From: Acidimicrobiia bacterium
Lineage (GTDB): Bacteria > Actinomycetota > Acidimicrobiia > Spongiisociales > UBA5794
NCBI GenBank assembly: GCA_003235475.1
Contig: QJWC01000028.1
Span: forward strand, 1,188-65,187
Reading direction: 5' to 3'
DNA: 64,000 nucleotides
Each line of letters opens with the position of its first letter. Position 1 is the first letter of the stretch. Under the pieces are notes generated by a model. The model worked only from the letters and a program-made list of their open reading frames with translations. It searched no databases and was not told the DNA's origin. Of this stretch, positions 8,930 to 19,402 are shown piece after piece. Both the position numbers and the translations under genes were made by a program.

Positions 8930-9916
8930 TCAGCGGTGGGTGATGTGGACCATTGGTTCCCGGTCAAAAGCGATCGGAAACGTCACGGCCTGTTGGGTGA
9001 CGGCATCCAGCGTCTCGCGTGGTTGGGGAGAGAACAGCTCGACGGCTGTCCGCTTCGTCGTGCGCCGCCATCGGCCAACGATGGCGCCTTCGACGATCAC
9101 GACGCCCGGAGGAGGGGCCGCGGGCCACACGAGTCGGGAGAGGTCTGCGTCGAGCCATCGGCTGGTCGTGCGACGGAGGAACGCAGGGTCATCAGGGGGG
9201 AGGAGGACCACGTCCGGCGGCTCGGGAGGGGACGCGAGGAGGTCTATCGCATCGGTGGCGATGAGCATCGGGCCGTGCGGCGTCTCGATCTCCGTGAGAT
9301 CATCCTCGACGTCTGCGACAATTGAGCGCGCATCGTCGGATGTCGCGTCGATCCACCACTGGAAGTCCTTGACGGTTGCTGGGCCCAGATACCGGAAGAA
9401 TCGGCGAGCGAGCGCTCTCCGTGCCTGGCCGACCGGGATCGACGGCGGCTCGGCGATGGAGATCATGACATCTCGGGCGTCCCACCGCACCCTGAGCCTT
9501 CCGGTCGTAGCTGCCTTCCTGAAGGCTTTGTGGGTCAGATCGGGAAGCGCGCCCTCGACGTCAGCCTGGCGCATCGTGTCTGGGCCGAGGACGGCGGCAA
9601 TCCTGTCGGCTATCGCGGACGTCTCTTCCGCCCGTTCGGCGTCGATCGGGTGGGCGCCCCTCGTGAAGACTCCGAAGTCATCGGCGGGAATGAGATACAC
9701 GGAGGCCCTGAAGAAGACCTGCGCGAGGTCGTCGTGTTCCCAGGTGTCGGGCCCAACGCCTTCGACGCGAGCGTGGAGTGAGAGCAGTCCTGAACGGGGC
9801 GACCCGTCCTGGAGTCCAGGGCGTGCAGCCTCGGCAAGACGTTCGATCGGGAGTGCTCCCCCGACCCCCTGAACGGCGAGTCGATGGGCAAGCACGGCGG
9901 ATGCTTCGAACGTCAC
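8930..9916 (-). CDS. Winged-helix DNA-binding protein, YcaQ/AlkZ-like (DUF1006-type)
   Basis: Overall pattern GLQDGSPRSGLLSLHARV ... FFRYLGPATVKDFQWW ... GRWRR recalled for this family. Confidence 0.7.
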   Translation of the reverse strand: MTFEASAVLAHRLAVQGVGGALPIERLAEAARPGLQDGSPRSGLLSLHARVEGVGPDTWEHDDLAQVFFRASVYLIPADDFGVFTRGAHPIDAERAEETSAIADRIAAVLGPDTMRQADVEGALPDLTHKAFRKAATTGRLRVRWDARDVMISIAEPPSIPVGQARRALARRFFRYLGPATVKDFQWWIDATSDDARSIVADVEDDLTEIETPHGPMLIATDAIDLLASPPEPPDVVLLPPDDPAFLRRTTSRWLDADLSRLVWPAAPPPGVVIVEGAIVGRWRRTTKRTAVELFSPQPRETLDAVTQQAVTFPIAFDREPMVHITHR

Positions 9917-10005
9917 GTCTCCAACCTAGGTCAGGATCGTGAGCAGGTGGATGCGCCATAGGCGGAGACCCGAGCCAGCATCAGATTTGCCGTTCAGGTG
10001 GGCGT

Positions 10006-10695
10006 CTAGGCGCCAGGCTCGACGAATGGTGTCACGTCGATGCACGCTGCGATCGACAGGTCGTCTTCGGGAAACTGCTGTGCCATCACGGTCCACACTT
10101 CTGCGACGGATGGCCAAACACCGCTGAGCAGGACTTCGAACGAGTCATCCGGCCGTGCCAGGAACACCCCTTGTTCGAAGTACGTGTCGAAGGTCGCGTG
10201 GAACGTCCACTGGTCGTTGCGTCCAGCAGTGTCTACGACCGTGACGGCAACGTCGTCGGGTAGGTCGTCCCCTGAACTGAGCAACCACTTCTTGAACGAG
10301 GCCAAGACGGTGGCTGGAAGCTCCGACTCGGTCGACGAGCATGCGAGGTCGACTCCGGCCACGAGATCTTGGATTGCAGCAGAAGTGCGTGCGGCCGCGG
10401 CATCGGCCTCTCTCTTCAGGCCTTCGACCTCGTCCTGGAGCGCGTAATGAGACGCCTCGAAAGCGGCTGCGGTGTTGCTTGCAGCCTCCATAGCATCATT
10501 CGTTGACGCAAGCTCATGTGTCAACGAGGTGATTTCCTGATTCAGGGCGGTGACCCTGTCCTCGAGCGCCTTGAGGTCTGCCCGCGTGTCGTCTCTCGAG
10601 CACCCCGGAAGGGTGACGAGCAGGACACCAGCGACCACGATCGAAACGAAACGGTTCCCATGCAATGTGACTCCGATCCCCGGTGTCCGTTCCAT
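10006..10695 (-). CDS. Lipoprotein with coiled-coil segment (hypothetical)
   Basis: Lipobox VLLVTLPGC, a heptad-like region LKALEDRVTALNQEITSLTHEL, and good third-position GC bias. Confidence 0.6.
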   Translation of the reverse strand: MERTPGIGVTLHGNRFVSIVVAGVLLVTLPGCSRDDTRADLKALEDRVTALNQEITSLTHELASTNDAMEAASNTAAAFEASHYALQDEVEGLKREADAAAARTSAAIQDLVAGVDLACSSTESELPATVLASFKKWLLSSGDDLPDDVAVTVVDTAGRNDQWTFHATFDTYFEQGVFLARPDDSFEVLLSGVWPSVAEVWTVMAQQFPEDDLSIAACIDVTPFVEPGA

Positions 10696-10814
10696 CGTAT
10701 CCCTGTCTTCCCGGATCGGGCTGTGGATTCCTCACCCGACGCACGGACCTCGCGCGCGGAAGAATGGCCGCTCGGCTCGACGGCCGAACGGCGGCAAAGT
10801 CGGATTGTTGACCG

Positions 10815-11327
10815 CTATGCGATCGTGACGTCGACGCCGGTGATCGAAACCGGGTCGTGGGGCCGGTCCTGCGTCCCCGTGGCCGCCTCGGCGATTGCGT
10901 CGACGACGTCCATCCCATCGGTGACCTGGCCGAATATCGAGTAGGCGTTCGGCAGCGGGTAGTCGGCGTGCATGATGAAGAACTGGGAGCCGTTCGTGTT
11001 CGGACCGGCGTTCGCCATTGCAAGCGTGCCCCGCGTGTACGACGACTTCGAGTGGCCGAGCTCGTCGCGGAACTGGTAACCGGGGCCACCGCGACCCGTT
11101 CCCGTCGGGTCGCCGCCCTGGATCATGAATCCCTTGATGACGCGGTGGAAGATCACGTCGTCGTAGTACCCGTCCTCGGCGAGGAACACCCAGTTGTTGA
11201 CCGTTTGGGGGGCGTCGGTCGCGTACAGCTCCACCGAGATGTCGCCTGCCGTCGTGTGGATCACCGCGGTGTGGGCCTTCGAGAGGTCGATCGTGAGCTC
11301 AGGGGCAGACGAATAGTTCTTGGCCAT
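10815..11327 (-). CDS. Peptidyl-prolyl cis-trans isomerase, cyclophilin type
   Basis: FHRVIKGFMIQGGDPTGTGRGGPGY ... GTLAMANAGPNTNGSQFFI. Confidence 0.95.
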   Translation of the reverse strand: MAKNYSSAPELTIDLSKAHTAVIHTTAGDISVELYATDAPQTVNNWVFLAEDGYYDDVIFHRVIKGFMIQGGDPTGTGRGGPGYQFRDELGHSKSSYTRGTLAMANAGPNTNGSQFFIMHADYPLPNAYSIFGQVTDGMDVVDAIAEAATGTQDRPHDPVSITGVDVTIA

Positions 11328-11402
11328 TGGGAGTCCCTTCTTCGGTTCACATACCAGGTTGCGCCGGGATGGTACCGGTGCGCTCGCGGCGGGATTGCCC
11401 CG

Positions 11403-12638
11403 CTAGAAGCCCCCGCGGCGGCGGCGTTTGAGTGCTTTCTCCTTGAATGGCACTGCCTCTGAAGGCGGTTCCCACGACGCAAGGTCGTCGAGGCGGTCAT
11501 CGTTCGAGAACATCTTGACGATGGGCACGTTGAGTTCGGCCCGGCGCTGGATGCCGAGGACCTCGTTCACCTGGTCCCACTCGACGAGCGTGACGACGAG
11601 TCCGTCCTCGCCAGCTCTTGCGGTTCTACCGCTGCGGTGCAGGTAGGTCTTCGGATCGTCAGGCGGGTCGTAGTGCACGACGACGTCGACGCCGTCGATG
11701 TGAAGCCCTCTCGCGGCGACATTCGTGGCGACGAGGACCTTGATCGATCCCTCGGTGAAACGCTTCAGCGATTGCTCGCGCTTGTTCTGCGGGAGATCGC
11801 CATGGATGGGTGCGCACGCGACGTCGAGGTCCTGGAGGTCCCGAGCCAGGCGGTCGGCGCCGGCCTTTGTGCGGGTGAATGCGAGGACACGGTCGTTGTT
11901 CTCGGAGATCCGCTTGACCACCTTGGCCTTGTCCATGTAGTGGACCTTCAAGAAGCGGTGCTCCATCGTGTCGACGGTCTCGGACTCGGTCTCGACCTCG
12001 TACTCGACCGGGTCGACCATGTACCGGTCGATCAGTTCCTGTACCTGGTGGTCGAGGGTCGCGGAGAACAGAAACGTCTGGCGCGCCTTCGGGAGCTTGG
12101 CCATGATCGCGCGCACCTGTGGCATGAAGCCCATGTCGGCCATCTGGTCGGCCTCATCGATGGTCACGATCGAGATCGCGCGCGGGTCGAGCGCCTTTCG
12201 TTCCATCAAGTCGATCAAGCGGCCCGGAGTCGCGATGGCGATCGAGGCACCGCGGGCAAGGGCGTCGATCTGGGGTCCCATCGGTGCGCCGCCGTAAACA
12301 GCGACGACGGTTCGATCCCGTTTCGTGACGAGCGGCCGCAGCGCCTTCGTGACCTGTACGGCGAGCTCGCGAGTCGGCACGAGGATCAGCCCGTGTGGGC
12401 TGCGGGGCTCCGGCGGGCCGACGCGCTCGACCATCGGGATGCCGAAGGCAAGGGTCTTCCCGGATCCCGTCTGGGCCTTGCCTGTGATGTCGCGCCCGGC
12501 AAGCGAGGACGGAAGCGTCATCGATTGGATCGGAAACGGCGAGGTGATGCCTTCGTCTGCAAGGGCCTCGACCAGGTCCGCTGGCACGCCGAGATCGGCG
12601 AACGTCACGGCAGAAGTTTGTTTGAGGGTGTCAGTCAT
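11403..12638 (-). CDS. DEAD-box ATP-dependent RNA helicase
   Basis: Q motif FPIQ, Walker A AQTGSGKT, DEAD (IDEAD), SAT, and HRSGRTARAG. Confidence 0.95.
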   Translation of the reverse strand: MTDTLKQTSAVTFADLGVPADLVEALADEGITSPFPIQSMTLPSSLAGRDITGKAQTGSGKTLAFGIPMVERVGPPEPRSPHGLILVPTRELAVQVTKALRPLVTKRDRTVVAVYGGAPMGPQIDALARGASIAIATPGRLIDLMERKALDPRAISIVTIDEADQMADMGFMPQVRAIMAKLPKARQTFLFSATLDHQVQELIDRYMVDPVEYEVETESETVDTMEHRFLKVHYMDKAKVVKRISENNDRVLAFTRTKAGADRLARDLQDLDVACAPIHGDLPQNKREQSLKRFTEGSIKVLVATNVAARGLHIDGVDVVVHYDPPDDPKTYLHRSGRTARAGEDGLVVTLVEWDQVNEVLGIQRRAELNVPIVKMFSNDDRLDDLASWEPPSEAVPFKEKALKRRRRGGF

Positions 12639-12709
12639 CCGGTGGGAGCGAGGTTGCGAGGTGGCTCCGTGGTTGCAACGCTAGTGCGTGGGACCCGTTA
12701 ACCCGTGGC

Positions 12710-13498
12710 TCAGGCCCAGAACGGGCGCTTCACCCGTTTGCCTTGGGCTCGCCCGATCGCGTACGTTGCCGCTGCCAGAGCTACGGCGCCGGTCGCCGCC
12801 GTGGTGCGCTTGATGACCTTCTTGCGGGTCCGCGAGAACTCGACGACGGGCCAACCGCGGTGATACGCAACGGCCTCGAGGGCCCTGTCGGGATTGACCG
12901 CCACCGGGTGCCCGACCACTTCGAGCATGGGGAGGTCGCCTGCGCTGTCGGTATACGCGTACGACCGGGCGAGGTCGTACCCCTTTTCGGCAGCGACCTT
13001 CTGCAGGGCGATCGCCTTTCCCTCTCCGTAACAGAACGGTTCCGCCAGCTCTCCCGTGTAGGTGCCGTTCTCGATTTCGGCGACGGTACCGATGCCACCC
13101 GTCATGCCCATCGCCTCGGCGAAGCGCGACACGATCTCGACGGGGGATGCCGAGACGATGTAGGTGTCCCGGTCGGCGGCGGCATGGAGGTCGATGAGCC
13201 CCCGCGCCTCACGCCGCACGTCATCGAGTAGGCGTGGGAGCACATCGTCCGCGAGGTCCATGAGCGTCGAGACGCCTACGCCTTCGATTGCCGCGAGGAT
13301 GCGAGCCTTGACCGCGTCGGTCTTGGCATCTGAGGCTCCCTGCAGCTTGAACGCTGCGGCGTTCAAGGCGTCCTTGAGCAGCTGGCTCGTCGGCACCATT
13401 CCTCTTCGATAGGCGACCCACCCGAACACGAAGACCGAAGAGCCACCGATGATGGTGCGATCGAGATCGAAGAAGGCGGCGGCCCTTGGTTCGGTCAT
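12710..13498 (-). CDS. HAD-IB family hydrolase with C-terminal membrane anchor
   Basis: FFDLDRTII, ...YIVSASP..., YTDSAGDLPML. ATGA overlap with the upstream acyl-CoA dehydrogenase stop. Confidence 0.85.
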   Translation of the reverse strand: MTEPRAAAFFDLDRTIIGGSSVFVFGWVAYRRGMVPTSQLLKDALNAAAFKLQGASDAKTDAVKARILAAIEGVGVSTLMDLADDVLPRLLDDVRREARGLIDLHAAADRDTYIVSASPVEIVSRFAEAMGMTGGIGTVAEIENGTYTGELAEPFCYGEGKAIALQKVAAEKGYDLARSYAYTDSAGDLPMLEVVGHPVAVNPDRALEAVAYHRGWPVVEFSRTRKKVIKRTTAATGAVALAAATYAIGRAQGKRVKRPFWA

Positions 13499-15258
13499 CC
13501 GATGTACTCGTCAGCCACCGCGTAGAGGAGGTCCGGTCCCGCGACCGCCGCTTCGAACTTGCCGCGCGCGTCCGGAAGGAGGTTCGCTGCGTAGAACCGA
13601 GCGGTGGTGATCTTCGCCTGCAGCCACTCGTCGGCTGGCGAAGCGTCGTGCGCGGCTGCAGCCTGTCGAGCGAGGTAGTAGCCGCCGGCAACCGTGCCGA
13701 GTCCGTCGAGGTAGGACGTTGCACCGGCGAGGCGCAGCTGCGGGTCCTCGGCCATCAAGAGGATGGCGGTGGCCTGGCGGGCCGAGGCGGTGGCCCGTGA
13801 GAGCGCCACGCTGATGTCGTCGAGCTCGGTTGACTTACCGGAGAGTTCCTTCGCGGTGGCATCGATCTCATCGAGATACCCCTCGATCACGGCGCCGTTG
13901 TCGAGCGGAAGCTTGCGCATCACGAGGTCGATCGCCTGGATGCCGTTCGTGCCCTCGTAGATGGGGGTGATGCGGATGTCGCGATAGTGCTGCGCGGCCC
14001 CGGTTTCCTCGATGAACCCCATCCCGCCGTGGACCTGCACGCCGAGCGATGCGACATCGACGCCCCGGTCGGTCGCCCACGCCTTTGCGATCGGCGTGAG
14101 GAGGGCGAGTCGTGCCTCCGCCGCGGCCCTCTTCGCTTCGTCGGTCTCAGCGTGCATCCGGTCCTCGGCCGCAGTTGCGTCGTACAGCAGACCGCGCATC
14201 GCCTCGGTGTATGCCTTCATCGTGAGCAACATCCGCCGGACGTCGGCGTGGCCGATGATCGTGTCGGACTCGGCTGCGTCAGGCGTCCGGCCCTGAATCC
14301 TCTCCTTGGCGTACGCGGCAGCACCCTGATACGCCCGCTCTGCGATGCCGAGGCCCTCGAGCCCGACCCCGAGACGCGAGTGGTTCATCATCGTGAACAT
14401 GTAGTTCATACCCCGGTGCTCCTCCCCGATGAGGTAGCCGGTCGCCTCGTTGAAGGACAGAACACAGGTCGGACTGGCGTGGATGCCGAGCTTGTGCTCG
14501 ATCGACACGGTTTCGACGCCGTTGCGTTCCGCGGGTTTGCCGTCATCGTCGACGAGGAACTTCGGTACGAGGAAGAGCGAGATCCCGCGGGTGCCAGGGG
14601 GCCCGCCGGGCGCCCTCGCGAGGACGAGGTGGATCACATTGTCTGCGAGGTCGTGGTCTCCCCACGTGATGAATATCTTCGAACCGGAGAGGAGGTACGT
14701 GCCGTCGCCAACCGGCTCGGCCTTCGTCTTGAGCGCCCCGACGTCAGATCCCGCCTCGGGCTCGGTGAGGACCATCGTCCCCGTCCACTCACCGGTGATG
14801 AGGTTCTCGAGGTAGATGTCGCGCAGCTCGTCCGTTCCATGGCGTTCGAGGAGCGCGATGGCGCTGTCGGTGAGCATGTTGCAGAGCGAGAATGCCATGT
14901 TCGACGAAGCCATCATCTCCGACATCGCCTGGCCGACGACCTTGGGGAAACCTCCGCCGCCGAACGCTGCAGAACCTGCAACAGAACTCCAGCCAGCGTC
15001 CCTGAGTTTCGCCCACGCACCCTCGAACGCCTTCGGCATCGTGACGGTGCCGTCCTCGAACTTGGCGCCCTCGAGATCGCCGATCACGTTGGTCGGAGCG
15101 ATGACCTCCTCATAGAACCGCGCAGCTTCCGTGACCAGCGGCTCGATCATCTCCGCATCGACGTCTGCAAACGCCGGAAGCTCGGTGATGGACGACACAT
15201 CGCTGATCGTGTCGAGGGTGAAGAGAATGTCCCGTACGGGCGCGTGATAGTCCGCCAT
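13495..15258 (-). CDS. Acyl-CoA dehydrogenase (long form with extra C-terminal domain)
   Basis: MADYHAPVRDILF start, TEPEAGSD, IYEGTNGIQAIDL. About 587 aa. The longest ORF (to 15477) was trimmed to ATG 15258. Confidence 0.9.
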   Translation of the reverse strand: MADYHAPVRDILFTLDTISDVSSITELPAFADVDAEMIEPLVTEAARFYEEVIAPTNVIGDLEGAKFEDGTVTMPKAFEGAWAKLRDAGWSSVAGSAAFGGGGFPKVVGQAMSEMMASSNMAFSLCNMLTDSAIALLERHGTDELRDIYLENLITGEWTGTMVLTEPEAGSDVGALKTKAEPVGDGTYLLSGSKIFITWGDHDLADNVIHLVLARAPGGPPGTRGISLFLVPKFLVDDDGKPAERNGVETVSIEHKLGIHASPTCVLSFNEATGYLIGEEHRGMNYMFTMMNHSRLGVGLEGLGIAERAYQGAAAYAKERIQGRTPDAAESDTIIGHADVRRMLLTMKAYTEAMRGLLYDATAAEDRMHAETDEAKRAAAEARLALLTPIAKAWATDRGVDVASLGVQVHGGMGFIEETGAAQHYRDIRITPIYEGTNGIQAIDLVMRKLPLDNGAVIEGYLDEIDATAKELSGKSTELDDISVALSRATASARQATAILLMAEDPQLRLAGATSYLDGLGTVAGGYYLARQAAAAHDASPADEWLQAKITTARFYAANLLPDARGKFEAAVAGPDLLYAVADEYIG

Positions 15259-15376
15259 GGTCGGCAGGGTACCTGACCGGGAGGACTCCTCAGAAGTGCG
15301 TCCATTTCGCGTCGAGGGTGGATTACGCGGCGTGGAGGTAGCCTCACGGGCCCCACGACTTCTTGGAGAGATCCCA

Positions 15377-15871
15377 ATGCCGATCCGCCCGATTGCCGCG
15401 CTCGTCGCCTTGACCGCCCTGTTGGCCGCGTCATGCACATCGTCGGAAACACACCTCGTTGCGCAAGATGGCGACATCGTCGAGGTCCACTACGTGGGAA
15501 CGCTCGACGACGGATCGCAGTTCGACTCCTCGAGGGATCGCGGCGCCCCGTTCGAGTTCACGGTTGGGGGCGGTCAGGTCATCGGCGGCTTCGACGACGC
15601 GGTGCGCGGCAAGCAGGTCGGAGAGGTCACCACGGTCCGCATCGAGCCGGCGGACGCATACGGGGAGTGGAGCGAGGAGGCCTTGGTCGAGGTGCCGCGG
15701 AACCCCGAGCAGGGCGAGGTCACGGTCGGTGAGCAGGTGTACCTCGCGAACGGGCAACCCGTGACGGTGGTCGCTGTGACGGACGAGACCGTCACGCTCG
15801 ACACGAATCACCCGCTCGCAGGTGAGGCACTCACGTTCGAGATCGAGGTGCTCTCGATCACCCGGGAGTAG
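15377..15871 (+). CDS. FKBP-type peptidyl-prolyl isomerase lipoprotein (SlyD-like insert)
   Basis: Lipobox LLAASC, VHYVGTLDDGSQFDSS...FEFTVGGGQVIGGFD, and NHPLAGEALTFEIEV. Confidence 0.9.
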   Translation: MPIRPIAALVALTALLAASCTSSETHLVAQDGDIVEVHYVGTLDDGSQFDSSRDRGAPFEFTVGGGQVIGGFDDAVRGKQVGEVTTVRIEPADAYGEWSEEALVEVPRNPEQGEVTVGEQVYLANGQPVTVVAVTDETVTLDTNHPLAGEALTFEIEVLSITRE

Positions 15872-17654
15872 TCGCCGAAAGCGCGCCCTCCCAGATCGCT
15901 CGGAACGCTTCCGACGACTCCTGCAGTTCGGCTGCGGGTCCAACGGCGACCACGCGGCCTCCTTCCATGACGACCACACGGTCGGCGCGTGCCAGCGCTG
16001 CGTGGCGGTGGGACACCACGAGGGCAGCGACCTCGCTCCGTGCCCGGAACAGACGGTTCCACAGGATCTGCTCCGTCTCGACGTCGAGCGCCGACGAAAC
16101 GTCGTCGAGGACCAACAGCCTCGGATCGCGCGTCAGCATGCGTGCAGACGCCGAGCGTTGGATCTGCCCGCCGGACAGCCGCACCCCGCGGGGTCCCACC
16201 AGAGTCTCGAGCCCCTCTGGCATCAGGTCGACATCGTGGCGCATCGTCGCGATGTAGATCGACTCGTTCATCAGGTGGTCGGACACGTCCGCGCCGAGGT
16301 CGAGGTTGTCCCTGAGGGACATCGAGAACAGCTTCGGCACCTGGGGTGTGTACGCCGCGTTCGGTGGCACGAGCGCGCTGGCCGGGTCGTCGATTGCTTC
16401 CCCGTTCCAGATCACCAGTCCCGCGTCCGCAGGAAGGAGCCCGAGGATCGTTCGTAGTAGCGTCGTCTTCCCTGACCCGATCCGACCCGTCACGACGACG
16501 AACTCTCCTCTCCGGATGTCGAGGTCCACGTCCGAGATCCCGTTGTCCGATCCTGGATACGTGTACGACAACCCGCGCACCTCGAGCGACTCGAAGCCAG
16601 GGTGGTCCGAGGTCGGCAGTTCAGGAGCCGGCGGTTCCGAATCGAGCCACAGGTCGGTCTTCTCGAATGCCCGCGTCCACGGCTCCCCACGCATCGTGCG
16701 GGTGATCTTCTCGACAGAGACCGAACCTTGCTTTGCCCGCGCGATGAAGGCGCCCACGAAGTAGGACGCATCGGCAACGACGTGCAACAGGTAGACGAAC
16801 AGGGCGAACTCGCCAAGCGAGATCCCCGTCGATCCTCCCTCGTTCAGCCGGCCGGCCGCGAGCAGCAGGATGAGGCCCGTACCGATGTTCAGCGTGTTGC
16901 GGAACACGGCGTGGAGCACCTCTGTCAAGGTGCGGTCGCGCACCATCATGCGCTTTCGCACCGCGTTCAGTGCCATGAAGCGGTCGAGCATCGGCCCCTC
17001 GGTGCCAGCGACCTTCACGGCCTGCGTGGCTGCGAAGGTCTCGCCGAGGAACCCTGTGATCGCCTCTGTCGCCTCCCGCGCGGCTCGCCGATACCGACGA
17101 ATCACACCACCCATCTGCGTCGAGACGATCCCGACCACGAGCACCGGGATGGCGATCGCAATGGTGATGACCGGATCGATGGTCCAGAAGATGACGAACG
17201 AGATCGTGCCGGACACGAGCGCGCCGGTGAGATCGACTGAGATGTCGAATGGCTCGACGATGTGCTCCACGTCGTCCCTGAAGCGCGACACGATCTCACC
17301 TGGGGTCTCCTCGACGGCAGCGGCGCCAGGCATCTCGAAGATGCGGACGAGCAGGTTGCGGCGGATCGTGGCACCCGCGCGGAACAGGAGCGATCCGTGG
17401 TTCCTCATTCCGAGGAAGATCGCGACCGAGCGTCCAGCGGCGTAGGCAAACGTTGCGACGACGACGAAGACCACCGTGGACGATTCGATCCCGGCGAGCA
17501 GTTCATCGAAGAAGTGCGCGGTGATGAACCCGACGAGCACAGGCATGGTCCAGATCGCTGTCCAGAGGAACAGCGCTGCGCCGTATCGCCACGGTTGCAC
17601 GCGACCCATCCTCATGAGGATGCGGCCGAACCCTGGTTGCCGTTGGGTTGTCAT
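15858..17654 (-). CDS. ABC exporter, fused permease/ATPase (second half of a pair)
   Basis: Six-TM domain, then GRIGSGKTT, LSGGQ and LLVLDD. Confidence 0.9.
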   Translation of the reverse strand: MTTQRQPGFGRILMRMGRVQPWRYGAALFLWTAIWTMPVLVGFITAHFFDELLAGIESSTVVFVVVATFAYAAGRSVAIFLGMRNHGSLLFRAGATIRRNLLVRIFEMPGAAAVEETPGEIVSRFRDDVEHIVEPFDISVDLTGALVSGTISFVIFWTIDPVITIAIAIPVLVVGIVSTQMGGVIRRYRRAAREATEAITGFLGETFAATQAVKVAGTEGPMLDRFMALNAVRKRMMVRDRTLTEVLHAVFRNTLNIGTGLILLLAAGRLNEGGSTGISLGEFALFVYLLHVVADASYFVGAFIARAKQGSVSVEKITRTMRGEPWTRAFEKTDLWLDSEPPAPELPTSDHPGFESLEVRGLSYTYPGSDNGISDVDLDIRRGEFVVVTGRIGSGKTTLLRTILGLLPADAGLVIWNGEAIDDPASALVPPNAAYTPQVPKLFSMSLRDNLDLGADVSDHLMNESIYIATMRHDVDLMPEGLETLVGPRGVRLSGGQIQRSASARMLTRDPRLLVLDDVSSALDVETEQILWNRLFRARSEVAALVVSHRHAALARADRVVVMEGGRVVAVGPAAELQESSEAFRAIWEGALSATTPG

Positions 17655-19402
17655 GCCAGTGCCTCCTCCATGCCAGCGACGAGAAGGTGCGCGAACACCG
17701 AGTCCTCGTCCGCCATCAGCGCGGCCCTCTCGCCCTGCTCGATGATGCGGCCATCCTCGAGGATCACGATGTCATCGGCGCGCGCGACCGTTGCGAGCCT
17801 GTGTGCGATCAGGATCGCGGTGCGGTTCTCCAGAAGATGGTCGACCGCCTTCTCGATCAGTCCTTCGGTCGCGGGGTCGAGTCGGGACGAGGCCTCGTCG
17901 AGAACGACGACGCCGGGGTCGCGCAGGAACACCCGCGTGAACGCGAGCAGTTGTGCCTGGCCAGCGGAAAGGCCCCCGCTCCCTGACTCGAGCATCGTGT
18001 CGAGCCCCCTCGGGAGTGACGCGAGCCACTCGTCGAGTTCCAGCCTCTGGATCACATCCATGAGGCGCTCGTCCGAGATGGAGTCGTCGAAGAACGTCAG
18101 GTTGTCACGTACGGACGCCCTGAACAGCTGGACGTCCTGGGTGACCATCGCGACCCTGGCCCGAAGGTTCTGGAGGCCGATGTCCCACGTCGGGTGGCCT
18201 CCGACCAGAACGGCGCCACCCTGCGGTTCGTACAGACGAGTGACGAGTCTCGCCATGGTCGACTTGCCGCTTCCCGTCCGTCCGAGCAGCCCGACGACAC
18301 GACCGGGTGCGACATCGAACGACACCTCGTGCAGGACGGTCTCGTCGCCGGCCTCGTCATCGTACGAGAAGGTGACCGCGTCGAAGGTCAGCCGCAGAGG
18401 TCCCTCGCCGAGCTGGACCTTCCCGTCGTCGGCGATCTTCGACTCGCGAGCGAGGAGGTCGCCGACGCGGTCGATCGATGCGCCTGCTTTCTGGAGGTCG
18501 ACGAGCTGCTCCCTGATCTCGTCGATGGGCCAGTGCGCCATCTCGATGTACCGGAAGACGAGGTAGACGGACCCGATCGTCAGCGTGCCAACGCCGAACA
18601 ACCACGATCCGAGGATGAACCCCATCATGAGCGACAGGAAGTAGAGCGCCATCGACGCACTCCACATCATCGCCCACCCGGTCCAGCCGAGGACGATCTG
18701 GGGGAGCCACTTGCGCTGGATGCCGTCGAAACGCGACAGCATGAAGCCGGTCGCGCCGTTCGCCTCGATGTCCTCGGTGCCGTCGACCTGCTCACCGATG
18801 AATCCGTACATCTCGGCGCTGGTCGCGCGAATCGCCTTCTGCCACGGCACGGTGACGCCGTGGAGCCGGAAAAGCCCGAGGAACGTGAGCGCCGTGAACG
18901 CGGCGATCGCGGCCCCAACAATCCAGGACTCCAACCACACCAACACGAGGACGCCGACGAGGAGTACCCCGTTGCCGAGCACCTTGATGATCATGGATGA
19001 GAAGAAGTTCGAGAGCGCGGTGACGTCGCCGTCGATGCGCTCGATCAGCTCACCCGGGCTCGTTCCCTTGTGGTAGCCCATGTCGAGGTGGAGCACATGG
19101 TCCGTCAACTCGGCTCTGAGTTGGTTGGTCGCCGACCACCCGATCTGCTCGGCTAGGTAGGTAGCCCAGACCAGGAGGAGCTGATGCGAGAACGCGATGA
19201 CCATGAACCCGATCGCAAGCGGCACGAGCCTCGACGTGGGATCTCCCGCGAGCGTGCGGTCGATGAACACGCGGATCAGCTGCGGGTTGGCGAGTTGGAG
19301 GCCGATCGTCGTCGACAGAACGGCCGCGAGCAACCATGCCCTGCGCTTGTAGGGCCTGAGGTAGCTCTTGAAGAGTCTGAAATATGCTCGTACGGGGATC
19401 AT
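17651..19402 (-). CDS. ABC exporter, fused permease/ATPase (first half of a pair)
   Basis: TMD, then GRTGSGKST, LSAGQAQ and VVVLDEASS. ATGA overlap with the next gene. Confidence 0.9.
   Translation of the reverse strand: MIPVRAYFRLFKSYLRPYKRRAWLLAAVLSTTIGLQLANPQLIRVFIDRTLAGDPTSRLVPLAIGFMVIAFSHQLLLVWATYLAEQIGWSATNQLRAELTDHVLHLDMGYHKGTSPGELIERIDGDVTALSNFFSSMIIKVLGNGVLLVGVLVLVWLESWIVGAAIAAFTALTFLGLFRLHGVTVPWQKAIRATSAEMYGFIGEQVDGTEDIEANGATGFMLSRFDGIQRKWLPQIVLGWTGWAMMWSASMALYFLSLMMGFILGSWLFGVGTLTIGSVYLVFRYIEMAHWPIDEIREQLVDLQKAGASIDRVGDLLARESKIADDGKVQLGEGPLRLTFDAVTFSYDDEAGDETVLHEVSFDVAPGRVVGLLGRTGSGKSTMARLVTRLYEPQGGAVLVGGHPTWDIGLQNLRARVAMVTQDVQLFRASVRDNLTFFDDSISDERLMDVIQRLELDEWLASLPRGLDTMLESGSGGLSAGQAQLLAFTRVFLRDPGVVVLDEASSRLDPATEGLIEKAVDHLLENRTAILIAHRLATVARADDIVILEDGRIIEQGERAALMADEDSVFAHLLVAGMEEALA

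Noticed and set aside
7721-9325. 534-aa ORF on the plus strand
   Set aside because: It is antisense to the DoxX-like, lipoprotein and YcaQ-like genes. It is an Arg/Gly-rich nonsense sequence that includes RGRRGRRGRGGRGRRRR, the mirror of the Thr/Ser linker.
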